Made by a program: the position numbers and the translations under genes. Shown piece by piece: positions 49,621 to 61,644 of a stretch of 64,000 bases of DNA. The stretch is from Rhodosorus marinus CCMP1338. Lineage: Eukaryota; Plantae; Rhodophyta. The notes beneath the pieces are model-generated. The model was not told where the DNA came from. It worked only from the letters and a program-made list of their open reading frames with translations, and searched no databases. The stretch is taken from the NCBI GenBank assembly GCA_029953675.1, contig JAMWBK010000006.1, positions 1,922,001-1,986,000 of the forward strand. Direction: 5' to 3'. Positions within the stretch are counted from its first letter, which is position 1. The number at the start of each line of letters is the position of its first letter.

Positions 49621-50405
49621 TCAATGTGGATCTCCGGAAAACTGCCTGTCGGACTTGACAGATTCCGCTTTGCCGAATGGTCTTCCAGCTTGCGAAGGGT
49701 CGGGTTCGAGGCTGTTTGATCTTGGAAGAGCAGGGCTTGTTGGTAGCGATCTCTCAGATGCTTGTTTTGAGAATTCTTCGATTTTTCGCTCAAGAGCACT
49801 GAGAATTTTTGTTCCAAATTGTGCGGAAATATTTGGTTAATAAACGAACGCAACGCAATGCCTTTTGCTTGTTAACGTGAGAATCTTACTCCTTCTCCTT
49901 CCGTGTCTCGTCAAGCTGAATTTGAAGTCGGTTGACTATGTACTCTTGCTCCTGCTCCATTTGGTTTTCAATGTCGACCTTCTCCCTCCTCAACTGGTCC
50001 AATTTCTTCTGCAAAGTGTTAGTCAGGTACTCCTCCTCTTGTTCAATCTGAAGCGCCAGTCGTTCCTTCTCCGCTTTACAATTCTGAAGCAGAGTTATCA
50101 GCTTATTAGAGATATACTCCTCCTCGGTCTCACCCAGCTGACTCTGAACAAGAACAACACAAAGTCAGAAACAAAACAAAAAAAATCTTAGTAAACAAAC
50201 AAAACAAACAAAAAACTAATCCGATTTCACCGCTGCAGAGGCTGATCCAGAAGAAAAAAAAACAGAAAGCCTTCATTACCACTATCGCATATCCTTCCTT
50301 CAGCTTCTCTTGCGTAATCTTAGCTCGTCCAAGCTTTTGCTCTTCCGCCGCCAGCAGCAGTCTTACGCTCTCTACTTCCTTCCGAAGACTCTCCGTTCCG
50401 CACAT
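49621..50405 (-). CDS. CCDC6 (H4/D10S170, DUF2046)-like coiled-coil protein, 3 exons
   Basis: ETEEEYISNKL...EKERLALQIEQEEEYLTNTLQKKLDQLRREKVDIENQMEQEQEYIVNRL matches the characteristic E-x-E-E-E-(F/Y)-x-x-N-x-L repeats. Both ends are uncertain. Confidence 0.8.
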
Positions 50406-50589
50406 CCTACTATTCGATCTCTAGGACGCTTCTTCCTCTGCCTACGAGAAACAGACGTCAACACATCTGACCACAAGAAAGCACTTCTTCTTTCTCCCGT
50501 CCTCAACAGATTGCCTAACTAAAGGCCATCCACCTGCTAGTTGAAACGGCGTCCCCAACTCCTGACAGACTCTGTAGAGCTCTGCTGAT

Positions 50590-51180
50590 TCATTCAAGGC
50601 ATATCGATTGTGTCAGCCTAGTCGAAGACTGCCAGGAGATTCAGCTATCACTGAACACTAGTTGCTATACGAATCCATCGCCATCTAGGAACCTTAGTCT
50701 GGACGTAGTTGCCTGTGAGCTCCGATGTGTGTGTGGTATTGGGTTCAGTTTACTGGATCGAACAACATTGCAAGCAAAGCCTAATGTTCGCAAGTATGCT
50801 GTCGTAAGCCCCAACGGTATGATAGCTCTTGAAGAAGATTCGTTCCTTATATGTCGACTGTAGGTTTGGAAAGACTACTAGCGCACTCTCTCAGCTAACA
50901 CTGAACCTACCACTATCTGGTATTGTACCAGGAAGCGAGCTTCCTGTTCCTGTAGTTGTCACGAATCTGAGAGGCAATTGAGTTACCGCTATCGGACACC
51001 CTCCTGGTCGCGACCAACGCTCCGTTTGCTAAGCTCCAACAATTTTTTTGTGACTATATCTATGATAGCTTTGAAGAAGATCCATTCAACACGCATATCG
51101 ACTGTAGATCTGGGAAGACAGCTAGGCAGCTGGCTCGTCTAACGCTAGTCATCCCCGATGGTGACCACCAGCTTGCAATA
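50590..51180. repeat. Three diverged copies of a unit with period about 245 bp, intergenic; decayed duplication
   Basis: Shared blocks: GATAGCT(C)TTGAAGAAGAT at 50821 and 51064; (GC)ATAT(G)TCGA(C/T)TGT at about 50599, 50849 and 51093; TCAGCTA(T/A)CACTGAAC at 50641 and 50891. Confidence 0.7.
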
Positions 51181-51809
51181 TAAAATCTGAAAGTAGGGCT
51201 TCCTCGGAGCTCTGAAGATGAGCATTTGGAACCTACTTTTGTGCTGTGGGACAACTTCAGTTCTGCGCGTCTAAGGAAAGCCTCGCATTTGCCTCCAAGG
51301 TAGACTGATTTTGCAGGAATGAGAAAATCAGTGGAGATTCTGGTTCCCCTCCTCGTTTTGAGATGATGTAGACGCTCATGGAGCGGTGGAGCTGACCCGT
51401 ACTAATACGCACAAAAATTGCTTTTCCTGCTGTGAAATGTAGTGGTGTACCCCTCGACCACTAGAGCGGTTTGCAAGTGTAGATTTGCGGTCGGTTTCTT
51501 CAATCGATGAGACCGGTTACCAATGAGTGCAAAACGTTTTTTGAGATCTTCGGGTCGTCTGATCTAGTCTTACCAACTGATGCTCTAAATCGGGCTCTCG
51601 CGGGCCTGTTTGATGACTAAGCGAGCCAATACTGTCGCAAACCCACTTCCCAAAGCAGGCAGGTCTTAGCACATGTAGAGCAGGATGATTTACCCGGAAA
51701 ACTTATCTAGAAATGAAAGGTTCTTGAAAAAGGTGAACTGAGCGCGATACTCTAAACGTTGACGGCTCTCCAACTTCCACCCGCAAACAAGAAATTATGG
51801 TTTCCTGAG

Positions 51810-54800
51810 CTATGTCGAAGTATCGGGCCAACCTGCTGCAATAACTTTTTCGGCCAGGGCACGTGGAACCAGCGTGGAATCCTCATCTGTCAACGCCAAC
51901 CCAACGTTGTCGGGGAACAGTCCGAAGATCCTTTCCATCTCTCCAAGCTCACCGGAGTACTTCTCAAGACGTACTCGCGACTTCTCGCTTGCATCGATGT
52001 ACTTTTTCCAGTCGGGAATCTTTCTCTTCACCATAACCTCTGCCTCTCGAAGAGCACTGCTTATGTGCTCTCCGTGTTGGTCTCGGTAAGCAACAAGCTC
52101 AGAGAATCCCCCCTTAAACCTTCCGCAGGCGACGTCGCTCGTGTACTGCATGAAACGGTCGTGGGAAGCCGTCCCATTCACTGTACCATTTCTCCGGTGC
52201 GCTGGGGTCGGCTCTTCTTGTTTCCAGTTTGCAGAGGTCGTCCGATTCGCAATAAGTGACTGTCCAATGTTGGCTAGAAACTCTTCAGTCACATCCGTTA
52301 GTACATCGAGCACCGATCTTGTTGCTTTCGCGAATCCCTCGTGGGTGAGGACTATCGCCACTGCTCTGGAGAGCACCTCTTTCGCGTAACCTTCGCCAAT
52401 CTAAACAGGTGAGAGAATATTTTAGCGGTTGCCCGATGCTGTTCAATCAAGACCTCATTTTCCAGGTGGGTTTGTGCGGTCGTCTTACAATAGTTCCATT
52501 CAAGTAGCAGTCATGGTTAGTAACAATTAGTTCTTCTGTGTTTGGTTGCTTCAATTCCTTCCGCCGGATAGTTCGTAGTCTGTTCATTGCGGTAACGTTG
52601 CTCTGGACTGTCCCTTCAAAGGACAGCAGATCTGTAATCCTAGCCGTGATGGGGTCTGGCCCACTCGGAGGTGGAAACGTTGGTTCCTGCAGAACCGAGT
52701 TCGACAGTTGTTCGTATTCCGGCATAGAAGCGGGTCCCAAAAAATCACGCTGGGTGATCCCAGCCGCGGTAGCCTCCGCTCCTCGAACAAACGCCAGCCT
52801 CTGGTCTATGTCCACAGTTGAAAGCTCAGAGTGTTCTCGAAGAAACTGGTCTCGGAGTTGTTTTCTTCTTGTCCTTCTAATTTTCGAAGCCATATCCATT
52901 CAACGAAAGCAAATTAAAACCATGCTGCAAAGAAGCTCTCGTTCAGAGTATTCTCTTCGCCAAAGCCTACCTCGCGGAAAGTTGCTTTTCTTCGGACTCC
53001 GCAGCACGCGAGCCCTCCACTCCGAACGCCGTCTTCATGGAACCCGGCAAGATGTCGAAAAATCTCCATGCGCTAGGCGGTAATCGCCTCAGCTCTATGG
53101 ATATGCTCCCATCCGCATCCTTCATGGACAGATCAGGTGCAAGCTTCAACTTTGTGATTGCTGATCAGACGAACGCAAAACGAGTTCATTCAGGTCGATT
53201 GAGAAGGTTATCCGACCCTTAGGAGAAGCGAATCTTACCTTCCTTAGCAGCGCTTGCTCCTGCGCGCTCATCCAGACTTCCTTCAGCCTCAACAACACTG
53301 CAGACCTCCAGAGCAACCGTAAGTCTTCCGCCGACATCCGATAGATTCTCGTCCTGGAGGTGCATGGCAAGCGATTCTTCAAGTTTCCCCCTCTGTTCCT
53401 CTCTTAAAGGGGACGAGGGATGGGAATCCGCTTCCGTGCTCCTCCTGGATTCGTGCTCTGGGTCAACTTTCTCTTTTGGAATCCCTTCCCGCAAGTTATC
53501 AGCTGGATCGTCTTTCTCAATATCCATAGGAGCTAACTCCCCATTAACTTCCACTGCACTGCGAGAAGCTGTTTCTTCTTTGCCAACTTCTTTTTCCAGG
53601 CTGAGTTCTGTTTTCGTAGTCTTAGTCTGCAATTGCTTGCTCGGTGGTTTGTCCTCCGCTTCCTGAGTCTGATCTTCCAGCGCTGGCATCGAGATTTCCA
53701 TAGGGTCAGGCCCGGACTCTTTTCCCGTATCGGCCATGCCAACTTCTAAGAGTTCAACATTTTCTGACGGTTGTGACTCGCGGGACTCCGCCGGTACTCC
53801 GTTGAGCTCTGCCCCTTGCTGAGCGGCACGCTCTGTTGCGGGTATTGTCGCACGCTCTGTTGCGGGTATTGTCGCAGGTTCGGCTGCGGCTTCGGTTGCG
53901 GCTTCAGTTGTGGGTTCGGTTGGGGGTTCTGCGGCGGGTTCTGTGGTGCGTTCCGTGGTGCGTTCCGTGGTGCGTTCTGTGGCGGGTTCTGTGGAGGGTT
54001 CTGTGGAGGGTTCTGTGGAGGGTTCTGTGGCGGGTTCCGTGGCGGGCTCTGTGGCGGGTTCTGCGGTGGGTTCTGCGGTGGGTTTGGCGGCGGGTTCTGC
54101 GGTGGGTTTGGCGGCGGGTTCTGCGGTGGGTTTGGCGACGGATTCTGCGGTGGGTTCTGCGGTGGGTTTGGCGGCGGATTCTGCGACGGGTTCTGCGACG
54201 GGTTCTGCGACGGGTTCTGCGACGGGTTCTGCGACGGGTTCTGCGACGGGTTCTGCGACGGGTACTGCGACGGGCGCAAGCTCAACTTCTTGCTTAGGCT
54301 CCTTTACAGCTTCATCCGCACCCAGTGCTTGCATCTCTTCAACAGCGCCTTTTCCTTCATTTTCCTCCGAAAGCGATGATGGCTCAAGGGCTTTAACACG
54401 CCCACCGTCTTCCTCCGCCGGCGCTTGGTCCTCGTGCTCGTCCTTTGGCTTGTTTTCATGCTTGGCACCCTCCTCCCGTTCCCTTTCGCTCTGCAAGGCA
54501 TCTGGCTGTGTTCCACTCTCGAAGTCCGCCTTGGAAGGGCCATCATGCTCGGGACTCTGTGCCGAGGTAATTGGAGTCACCGTATCGGCTTCTGGTCCAT
54601 ATTTTGAACCTCGGGAAGATCTTCGTGGGTTGTCTCTCAGTTTGTCCTTATCTGTCGTTCGGCCTCTCTTCAACTCTTCGGCGGGTGCCTCCTGACTCCT
54701 TCCTAAACTGCGCAGAATAGTCTTCTTTTCTGCCTCTTCCAAAGTTTGACTCCTAGTTCGCTTTCTTGGGATGGGCCTTGGTGAAGCCTTAGATTCGGAG

Positions 54801-56074
54801 TTGGATTCCTCCCCCTCAACTTTCTCGGATGACCGAAGGCGAAGCGAAATTCCAGAGCTCCCCGTTGCTGAGTGCTTCCCCTTGCTGCTACTCGCATCCT
54901 CCGTAGCTTCCTTCTTCTCGGACTCCTCGTCCGGAATCGGGTGAGCGTCGTCGCCATCCTGCAACTCTTTGGCAACGAGATCCTCCGTAGCCTTGTCTTG
55001 AATCATTGAATCCTCTGCATCTACCTTCTCAGCACCGTCAGGATCTTCCTTGTCCACTGCCTCCGCGGTTGCTTCTGATTCGATCTTGGCTTTTGCCAGC
55101 TCTCTGTCCGGTTCTGCAACTGGTGCAACGCTTCCATCGTTTTCCATATCCACATCCTTTGGTACGTTGTCCTTTGCTTCTTTTTGCTCCTGGTCCTCAG
55201 TCTTGGGTTGATCAACCGACGCCGCCTCAGCCTCCTCAGCACTCCCAGCATTGTTGTCAGCAATCTCCGCCGTCTCGTCGGCCTTTTCCAATTCATTCGC
55301 AATTGGGTCACGGGGAGATGTTGAACTGCCACCAACCCCCGCTTTGCCTTCCTCCGGGTCGCTGGGTTCTGTCAAACCATTTGTGGGATCCTCCATTTCA
55401 ACGTCCTTGTCTCCTGTCGTCCCTTCCCCTTTTTCCCCTTCCTCACCGCGACCGTCCTTAACAATGTCCATTGGTGCGGCTTTGTTGGAAACTTCATCTT
55501 GCTGTGCAGTTGTGACGCTCTCCGACTCCAGTTTTTGGTTGTCTTCATCGCCTTTGATGTGCTCCTGTCGTGTCGCCTCAAGATCACCTATTAACCGAAA
55601 GGAAGCATCTTCGGAACTCAAGCCGGCAACTCTGACCTCCTCTTCATCATCTGATTCCAATATTAAATAATCGAGCTGCGAATTGTGGTTACGATTGAAT
55701 GATATAGAAAGTGTCAGCATCAGGAAAACGCAGATCTCCCCACAACGGAGCAAGCTGTTGGAAAGGGGTTGAGACTGAGAGAAGATGCTAACCTGGGACT
55801 TCGGCCGGACGAACTCCTCCTCTGATTCAAGTGGGAGGCGTTCATCGAATAGGTCATCCAAGTGGGGGATCCAGTCAATCAAACATTCCGTTAAATACTT
55901 CCGGATTCCAAATGACCAGTTCTTCTCACAAGTCAAGAACTGGGTCCACGCTTCACTGCTCTGAGCAGCAGCCAGCACGCGTATCCGCTGCTCTGGCTCC
56001 AACTTCGACCAGCCCCCGCGAGCCTCAGTTCGAAGCGCGAGCCGCCTTAGCGCTTCCTCGGCAATGCCGCGCAT
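51810..56074 (-). CDS. SPT7: SAGA subunit Spt7-like (fungal-type architecture: N-terminal domain, long acidic/repeat region, Spt7 core, histone-fold BTP domain), about 5 exons
   Basis: Histone fold LSRAVAIVLTHEGF..AT.SVLDVLTDVTEEFL resembles SUPT7L/Spt7. AWTQFL...SFGIRKYLTECLIDWI, FLGPASMPEYE and GTVQSNVTAMNRLRTIRRK resemble yeast Spt7 blocks as recalled. Phase-consistent introns link the ORFs at 53219..56074, 52967..53149, 52447..52899 and 51810..52376. Confidence 0.8.
53825..54274 (-). repeat. In-frame 12-bp-period array in Spt7 encoding graded tetrapeptides (AEPV, AKPT/AEPT, TEPA/TEPS, TERT, ATIP/ATER)
   Basis: Directly visible GGGTTCTGCGAC / GGGTTCTGTGGA / CGTTCCGTGGTG blocks on the + strand. 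Confidence 0.95.
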
Positions 56075-58557
56075 CTACTGCCAGAAACAGAGCACACTTC
56101 CAAAAAAAATTCACAAATCGAGCCAGGCCCTATTCCAGGCCCTTTCCCCCGACCCCCCTCCACAAATAAATCACCCGTTCCACTGCGATCAGTCGAATTG
56201 TTCCGAATCCGTGCTTCCCAAAAAAAAAAACGCCTGACCTTCAGGCCCAAAAATGTTCCCCTTGAAGCTCCAGCAGGACTTCACTAAATCCTACATTTCA
56301 AAAACTGCTACTATCGGCACTCCAAACGAGGGGACTGAAAACCCCAACCTCGTTTTGTTCTTACACGCAAGTCCGGCTACGACGAAATATTCACCCAACA
56401 CATGTCCTCATAGACTCCTAGAAACGAAAATTGAACTTCAGATCTGAGGTTTCCATATACATCCAATCTTTTTAGTAATAAATACCGACCAGCATCCCAT
56501 CTTCCCAAGCACTTCATCCGCAACACCCGCCTCTCTACTTCCCATGATGAGACCGCCCGGCCCGCTCAAAACAGCCCAAAATGGGGTTCAATAAAAAAGC
56601 ACTTGATTTGGACTGTTCCCGAAGAATTTTGCTGGTGACTTAACAGGTGGGGTTTTGGTGCTTGATAGGCACAGTGCGCATCACCTTGGTGTAGATAGTA
56701 GAGCATCGGGATGAATGAGTCCATGGACGAAGAGAGTCAGCCTTGGTTTGTGCTGACAAGTTTCGACCCCCTCGGCCCTTCTTCCGGTAGAGATCGAGCT
56801 AATGAAGCCGCTTCACGAAATCGGGATGCCTTTTCACTCTGGCTATGATCGATTGGAGTGTGGAAGGGAAGGAAAAGACGCGAGGTACCACAGAACGTAG
56901 GGAGAGGGTGATCTTAGTATTTATCCGTTCACTGCGACGTACGAGGAACCTGCACGGTGGTGGTATGCGAATGTACTGTCGGCTAGCTGTGCTTTCTTTG
57001 CCTTTTTTGGATTCTTTTGCTGCTCAAGATTACCTTATTACTATACAGATTGGCTTGTTTGGTTCGACGATCTTGGATCTACAACAGCGATCATCCACAT
57101 CGAGTGATTCGAACCCTCTGACACTTTCTCAGGCAACCTCAACAATGCGGAAGAGTTCTAAACATTATTAGACGTTTAACACAAAATACCATACTTTTGA
57201 ACGATATACTGTGCTTTATTTTGAAGACTTTTCGAGGGTTCAAACATGAAAAACGGAGTCGCCTCCCGTTTCGAAAAGGACCGCGAAAGCTTTCAACGTA
57301 CAGCTATCTTACCCCCCCTTACATCGTTTTCATAGTTGCCCATGATGAGACAAAGTTGTCAAAACACTTTGGTTGGAATTATGCCGAACTTATTATTGAA
57401 AACTGAGGACACGGTCTTTTCCCACCCCTTGACCTTTTCTGGGCAATATTCCAATCGCGAGTCATGGTGGGGGTTTGGTCCAAACTTGCCTTTCGAACTA
57501 GGAGCTTTGAATAGAACGAACTATCTATAATTTTGACACCACCAGAATGTTTTCAGTGTCCCAGGGAGCACTGTCCCACTGTGGCACAGGGGTCCGAGAT
57601 TTTAAACGTGAAGGCCTACCGCATGGGCTGAAGCGTTGATAGTGATAGGGTTACGGCGCAAGAACTTGACGGAGCCGTGGATTATCACTCTCTCGGCTGC
57701 CAAGAATAATGGAATTGGAAGCTGCCGTACGTGCCCCCAGATTCGTCGGAGGAGACTTTCCAATAATAGGATGCGATCGGGGTTTGGCTACAGCCTGGGC
57801 TGACGGGAGATAATTTGAGCTGCAGCTCCTCGGGCTCCCTCACCAACCAAGACCATGACCAACCAACAGTAGCAGTTCAACCAAGTTATTGGTTGTCAAC
57901 GACCTCTCAACTCCGATTTAACGAACAATAAAGGGACCTGTAGTCACATTGATCAATACGAAGCTCCACCTCTTAAAAAGCCCGAGAACAAGAAAGAGGA
58001 CCTAGAGCGGGATGAAACCACTCTCCAAGGTTTCCAGTTAGAAAGATCGCTTGGATGAAACCTACTGAGTCTATGCCAAATGCAGTCCAAGTCAGACGCA
58101 TGGATATCACCCGCTATCACGATTCACAACCTAAGAATGTCCGGTTCGTATTCGTTTCCTGTTCTATTCCTTTGCTTCTGTCCATCTACTTCCGAGTGAA
58201 TTCCTATCCCTGTAGTTCACTACTATCGAAAGTACACATTCATTTAATGCCCCTGATCTCCTTTACAATGAAGGGTGGGGTTCTGTATCCGCAAACTTGC
58301 TTGGCACCGTTTACCTGATGGGCGTGAGTATCAGGACTGACTGTATGACTCACTGAAGACGATTTAGCTATTCGACTACTAGATCGATGAAGCTCGAGTG
58401 TTGAGGCTGAAAGCTCGGTTGCTTATTGCTGTAGGACTTCTGCTTTGTCTCTCTGGTCTTCTTTGTTGAGTTCTTTTTGTATTGCGAAGGCGAAATTTGT
58501 TACTTCCCGTTATCTAAGGGAAAGATCGAAGTTCTTTGTTTGACAGCGTTTCTGAAG

Positions 58558-59392
58558 ATGGTGACGGAGTCGCTGTTGCGGTATGTGAGCCAAGCTGAGA
58601 CCAAGATCAAGAAGGAAGAACTTGAAATTCAGATTCTCGCGAGGAGGAGAACCTGTCTTCATGATGAATGCTCAACTGGTTGACCGTGCCCTTTGTCATC
58701 TGTTGAATAATTCGTCGGCGAAATCACCATACTGAGTAGCGGGCTTCTCGTTGTTGTAGTTGAAATAGCGACAAAAACTGCAGAAAAAGAACTTGCACTA
58801 ATGCAGTTACAAGCCCAGGACTTAGAGTCAAAGGTCGCGTCCCTGAAAACGCAAGCAATAGAAAGGAAAACCGAGTCCGAGGTTTGCTTGATGCGTGCCG
58901 TGGGTTTCTCGCCCATACTCGCGCTTAACTGAACCGTTCCCTGTCCGTATCAGTCCTTGCAAAAGACTATGTCACTTCTGTCATCACAGATGGACCAGAA
59001 GTCGAAAGCTTTGCAAGACACGAGGTACGGTGGCGCGACGCCCCATGGCCAGTCTGCGCGCTTTTGCTGACCTGAGCCTGATTGCCAGATCCGAACGAGC
59101 GCGACAAGCACTTCGTCTGCAGCAGCAACTGAAGGAGGAAACCAAGCTGATTGAAAACCTCGCAGCCGAGGATTGCCCGACTGTAGAGAATGATGACGGC
59201 ACCAAGCCGGAGCCGATTCCTTCGTCCAGCATGGAATTCGGGGAAACACTTCTCGCAATGAGTAAGAACGAGTACATGCGTGGTTTGATACTTGAGCTAC
59301 TCTCCGAATCGGAACTTCTGGAATGGAAAGAGGATATCCAACGCAACCTCGGCGACAACGGTGTCAGTACTGCAAGTAGCGCCGGAAAATAA
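58558..59392 (+). CDS. Uncharacterised coiled-coil protein (about 200 aa), 4 exons
   Basis: Phase-consistent joins: MVTESLL...ECST|VEIATKTAEKELALMQLQ...ESE|MDQKSKALQDTR|SERARQALRLQQQLKEE...WKEDIQRNL; heptad-rich. Confidence 0.65.
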
Positions 59393-59616
59393 TAGTCCAG
59401 TCCATACGTTTACCGCTTGTGAATGTCTCCTCTAGTTCGAACTCCCATAGTTCAGTTTCAAGAGTACAGGTGCTGGTCAGGCTCATATGTGCAAGGTAGC
59501 ATGTGACCAATCACTGCCGAAGTTGCAAGAGTTTTGCGGGGTAAAAATTCCCCCAGCACATTCAATAAAAACTTTGTTCACTGTTTATTTATAAATGAAG
59601 TTACAACGCTAAAAGT

Positions 59617-59928
59617 CTACATAAACTGCAATTCCTCACTGAACGATACCGCCCTCTCCCTGCACTCTGACTTCTGATCTGCAGATGAGAGCTGTACGTA
59701 CGCAAACAAGTTGTCGAGGGAAGAAGAGACCTTCGAGTACCTGATGAAATACTCCTTGGGGTACTTCGAGCAGTTTCGCTCCGTGTTCTTCCTCGTCTCC
59801 TCGTCCGGATAAAAAGTCGCTCCAAATCCCTTCATCTTCGCACCAACCACCAGTGCAACCTGTCCCAACTTCCACCTGTCCAAACCAGAATCGCTGCCCG
59901 CAAAACCCGATCTACGTCCGCTACCCAT
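59617..59928 (-). CDS. Uncharacterised 103-aa single-exon protein
   Basis: ATG-initiated ORF with coding-like codon usage; promoter-like purine-rich leader upstream and an AT-rich 3' flank. No family recognised. Confidence 0.5.
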   Translation of the reverse strand: MGSGRRSGFAGSDSGLDRWKLGQVALVVGAKMKGFGATFYPDEETRKNTERNCSKYPKEYFIRYSKVSSSLDNLFAYVQLSSADQKSECRERAVSFSEELQFM

Positions 59929-61554
59929 GACACCTTACCCGATTGAATTCACCAGCAACAACAACGAGGCCAACCCTTATATAAACCTCATTATAGGCAA
60001 AGACGCTCAAAAGTCACTCAGGTTGGGGCTCAAATCAGCAGAAATTCCCCTCACCCTGGACAATTTACGAGTCCGGCACAAGACCTTAAAGTGGAACTAA
60101 CTTCCCCATCCCATATCTCAGCAAACCCATATTGCTCTTCGCGTTCCAGCCCCCTCCCCCCCCGCACACCTCCTCCAACCCCGTTCACCATTGCACTATC
60201 CCAAGCAAAAATCGGGTCAATTATTACAAAACTACATTACCCCTGAAAAGTTCACGGTCGGGATTTCCCCCAGCGTCCTTGACGGATTCTGCAAATCAAT
60301 TATAGACCGTAAAAAAAACAAAACAAGAAAATACCCATCCCCCCCTCTTCTTTTCTCTCTTTCCTACTCGTCTTTAGAAGAACATTATTTATTTTTAAAG
60401 GTTTCGTTTTCATGGGCTGATTTCAAACGGGGGGGGGGTTTACGCTTGAAAACGAAGAAATTAAGAGACTGCTGGTTTCAAGAAAACGAAAACATTGAAA
60501 AAAAAAGAGTGGGAAGAAATCCAGAAACGTAAATTTTTGCTAAATGAGGGAGGACTAGATCAGCTCTACCAGTCAGCTGAGCCGCTCAGTCTCTCCTCGT
60601 CCAGTCAAAATATCATAAATTCTCCTAATAACAAAACAAAAAGCATAAACGGGTCCAACCATATATGAACCAAATTTTTACCACAAGAAGAAACAAAATC
60701 TATTTGCTTTTCTCCGAACCAATGGCCAAGCGTAGAGTTGCGAATTCGTCTTGGATTTTTTCGGAATAGATTCTTACGTATCCAATGAATTCGTCCGAAG
60801 TTGATGCAATGCTTTTGTCAGTTGTTTTTGAACAGAATATCCGATTCCGTCCATTGTTCCTGTTTTTAGAAAGTTTTCATGGAGGACGGACTACCGTTCC
60901 TGACACTCTCAAAATGATTGATTTATTCTTTTTTCAATCGAAATGTCGTTTTTGTTGGAAGGGTTATGGCCTGGTGACCCTATTTTCGGAAACGGTGCAT
61001 GTGGGCGCCTCTGCGGAGGGAAGTTGTAGGAGGTGAATGGGAGGGCGAGCTTTGATGAACTTAAAAGTCATACGGTTCGTACATGGACAGTTTTTAGAAG
61101 CAGCTAGCCCTACTCGCCCTTGATCTCCAGGGCGGAAGAAGAAATGGACTAGATTCCGACCATCTATAGGTTGGAGAGAAAGTCGTCCACTTTGCTGAAC
61201 TGTTTTATCCACGTCCGCTCTTTTGGATGTCTGACTCTGCTGGATGCGAGCTGCAATCTCCGTCCAACCTCTTGTAAGTACGATATCCCTTCAAGCTCTA
61301 TGGAAGGTGTTACATAGACGAGGCGTTCGTGCGCAAGGTCCGATTAGCAACCTAGTTCTGATCACGCAGGACATGTACTTGATTTTACCAGTTACGGAGG
61401 CTTGTGCGAGCACAGCTGTAAATACTGGCAGTAAGAATTTTGTAACCAATGCTCCACAGCTTCTCCGGTCAGTAGCAGTGGATGAATCCAACGTGGTGAT
61501 CTAGAGTTCAGGTATTTCGGGTGCTGAGCTTAGCGGCGGACAGTTCGTTGCATT

Positions 61555-61644
61555 GATGATGATGATGATTGTGATGATGATGATGATTGTGATGATGATG
61601 ATGATTGTGATGATGATGATGATTATGATGATGATGATGATTAT
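61555..61644. repeat. Compound microsatellite: five 18-bp units (GAT)5-T(G/A)T
   Basis: Directly visible: three units ending TGT, then two ending TAT. Confidence 0.95.

Noticed and set aside
50289-50296. ATATCCTT U12-type donor motif
   Set aside because: It lies on the strand opposite the CCDC6-like gene, with no matching U12 branch site or acceptor.
53746-54695. Several long ORFs (QNPP, CGGF, WRVL, AGSV repeats)
   Set aside because: All are alternative-frame or antisense readings of the 12-bp array inside Spt7.
56640-58450. Long intergenic stretch with scattered short ORFs
   Set aside because: No recognisable domain, TE terminal repeat or consistent exon chain.
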